DNA of 64,000 nt, taken from Octopus bimaculoides (taxonomy: Eukaryota). The notes under the pieces were generated by a model that was not told where the DNA came from, searched no databases, and saw only the letters and a program-made list of their open reading frames with translations. A program made the translations under genes and the position numbers. The stretch spans positions 66,520,509 to 66,584,508 of the forward strand of contig NC_068984.1 of the NCBI RefSeq assembly GCF_001194135.2. Direction: 5' to 3'. Positions 63,942 to 64,000 of this stretch are shown here, in pieces. Position 1 is the first letter of the stretch; every line of letters starts with the position of its first letter.

Positions 63942-64000
63942 GTCTACTAGATTTAGCTGATTCACCCCAAATTCTACGTGGTTTGTCTCTTCTGTTGAAA
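63942..64000 (+). CDS. Candidate exon start, running off the window
   Basis: aatatattttag| then (G/S)LLDLADSPQILRGLSLLLK, open to the window end. Confidence 0.2.

Overview
This is AT-rich, repeat-saturated eukaryotic genomic DNA with about 16 N-gaps, most flanked by (TA)n. The tRNA-derived SINE families, RTE-type LINE remnants and microsatellite load look like an octopus genome, probably a short-read Octopus assembly. That assignment is recognition by eye, not a database result. I could not identify an intact host protein-coding gene, tRNA, rRNA or CRISPR array; the window is most likely intronic or intergenic. Nearly all ORF-track entries are microsatellite, gap or TE artefacts. The clearest decayed coding remnants are: an RTE LINE 3' end carrying three tandem C2H2 zinc fingers (6.6-7.65 kb); the 3' half (8.2-8.9 kb, +) and 5' half (45.8-46.3 kb, -) of a Tc1/mariner (maT/DD37D-like) transposase; an RTE/RTEX-like LINE 3' end with a PHD-like Cys cluster (46.4-47.2 kb); and a heavily decayed piggyBac-like transposase (about 25.6-26.7 kb). 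There are also more than 40 SINE copies or fragments of about 6 families, TTAA-flanked piggyBac-type MITEs, a mariner MITE and a Helentron-like non-autonomous element. Structure not explained by these: a ~520 bp direct duplication 42.7 kb apart, a ~210 bp near-identical inverted duplication, a ~265 bp foldback palindrome, and a GC-rich element with 60-bp repeats next to a TATA box. A few phase-compatible candidate exons are unproven. SINE boundaries are approximate (about +/-15 bp). Family letters A-F are my own labels. I see no strong evidence of a wholly new biological system; the findings are leads.
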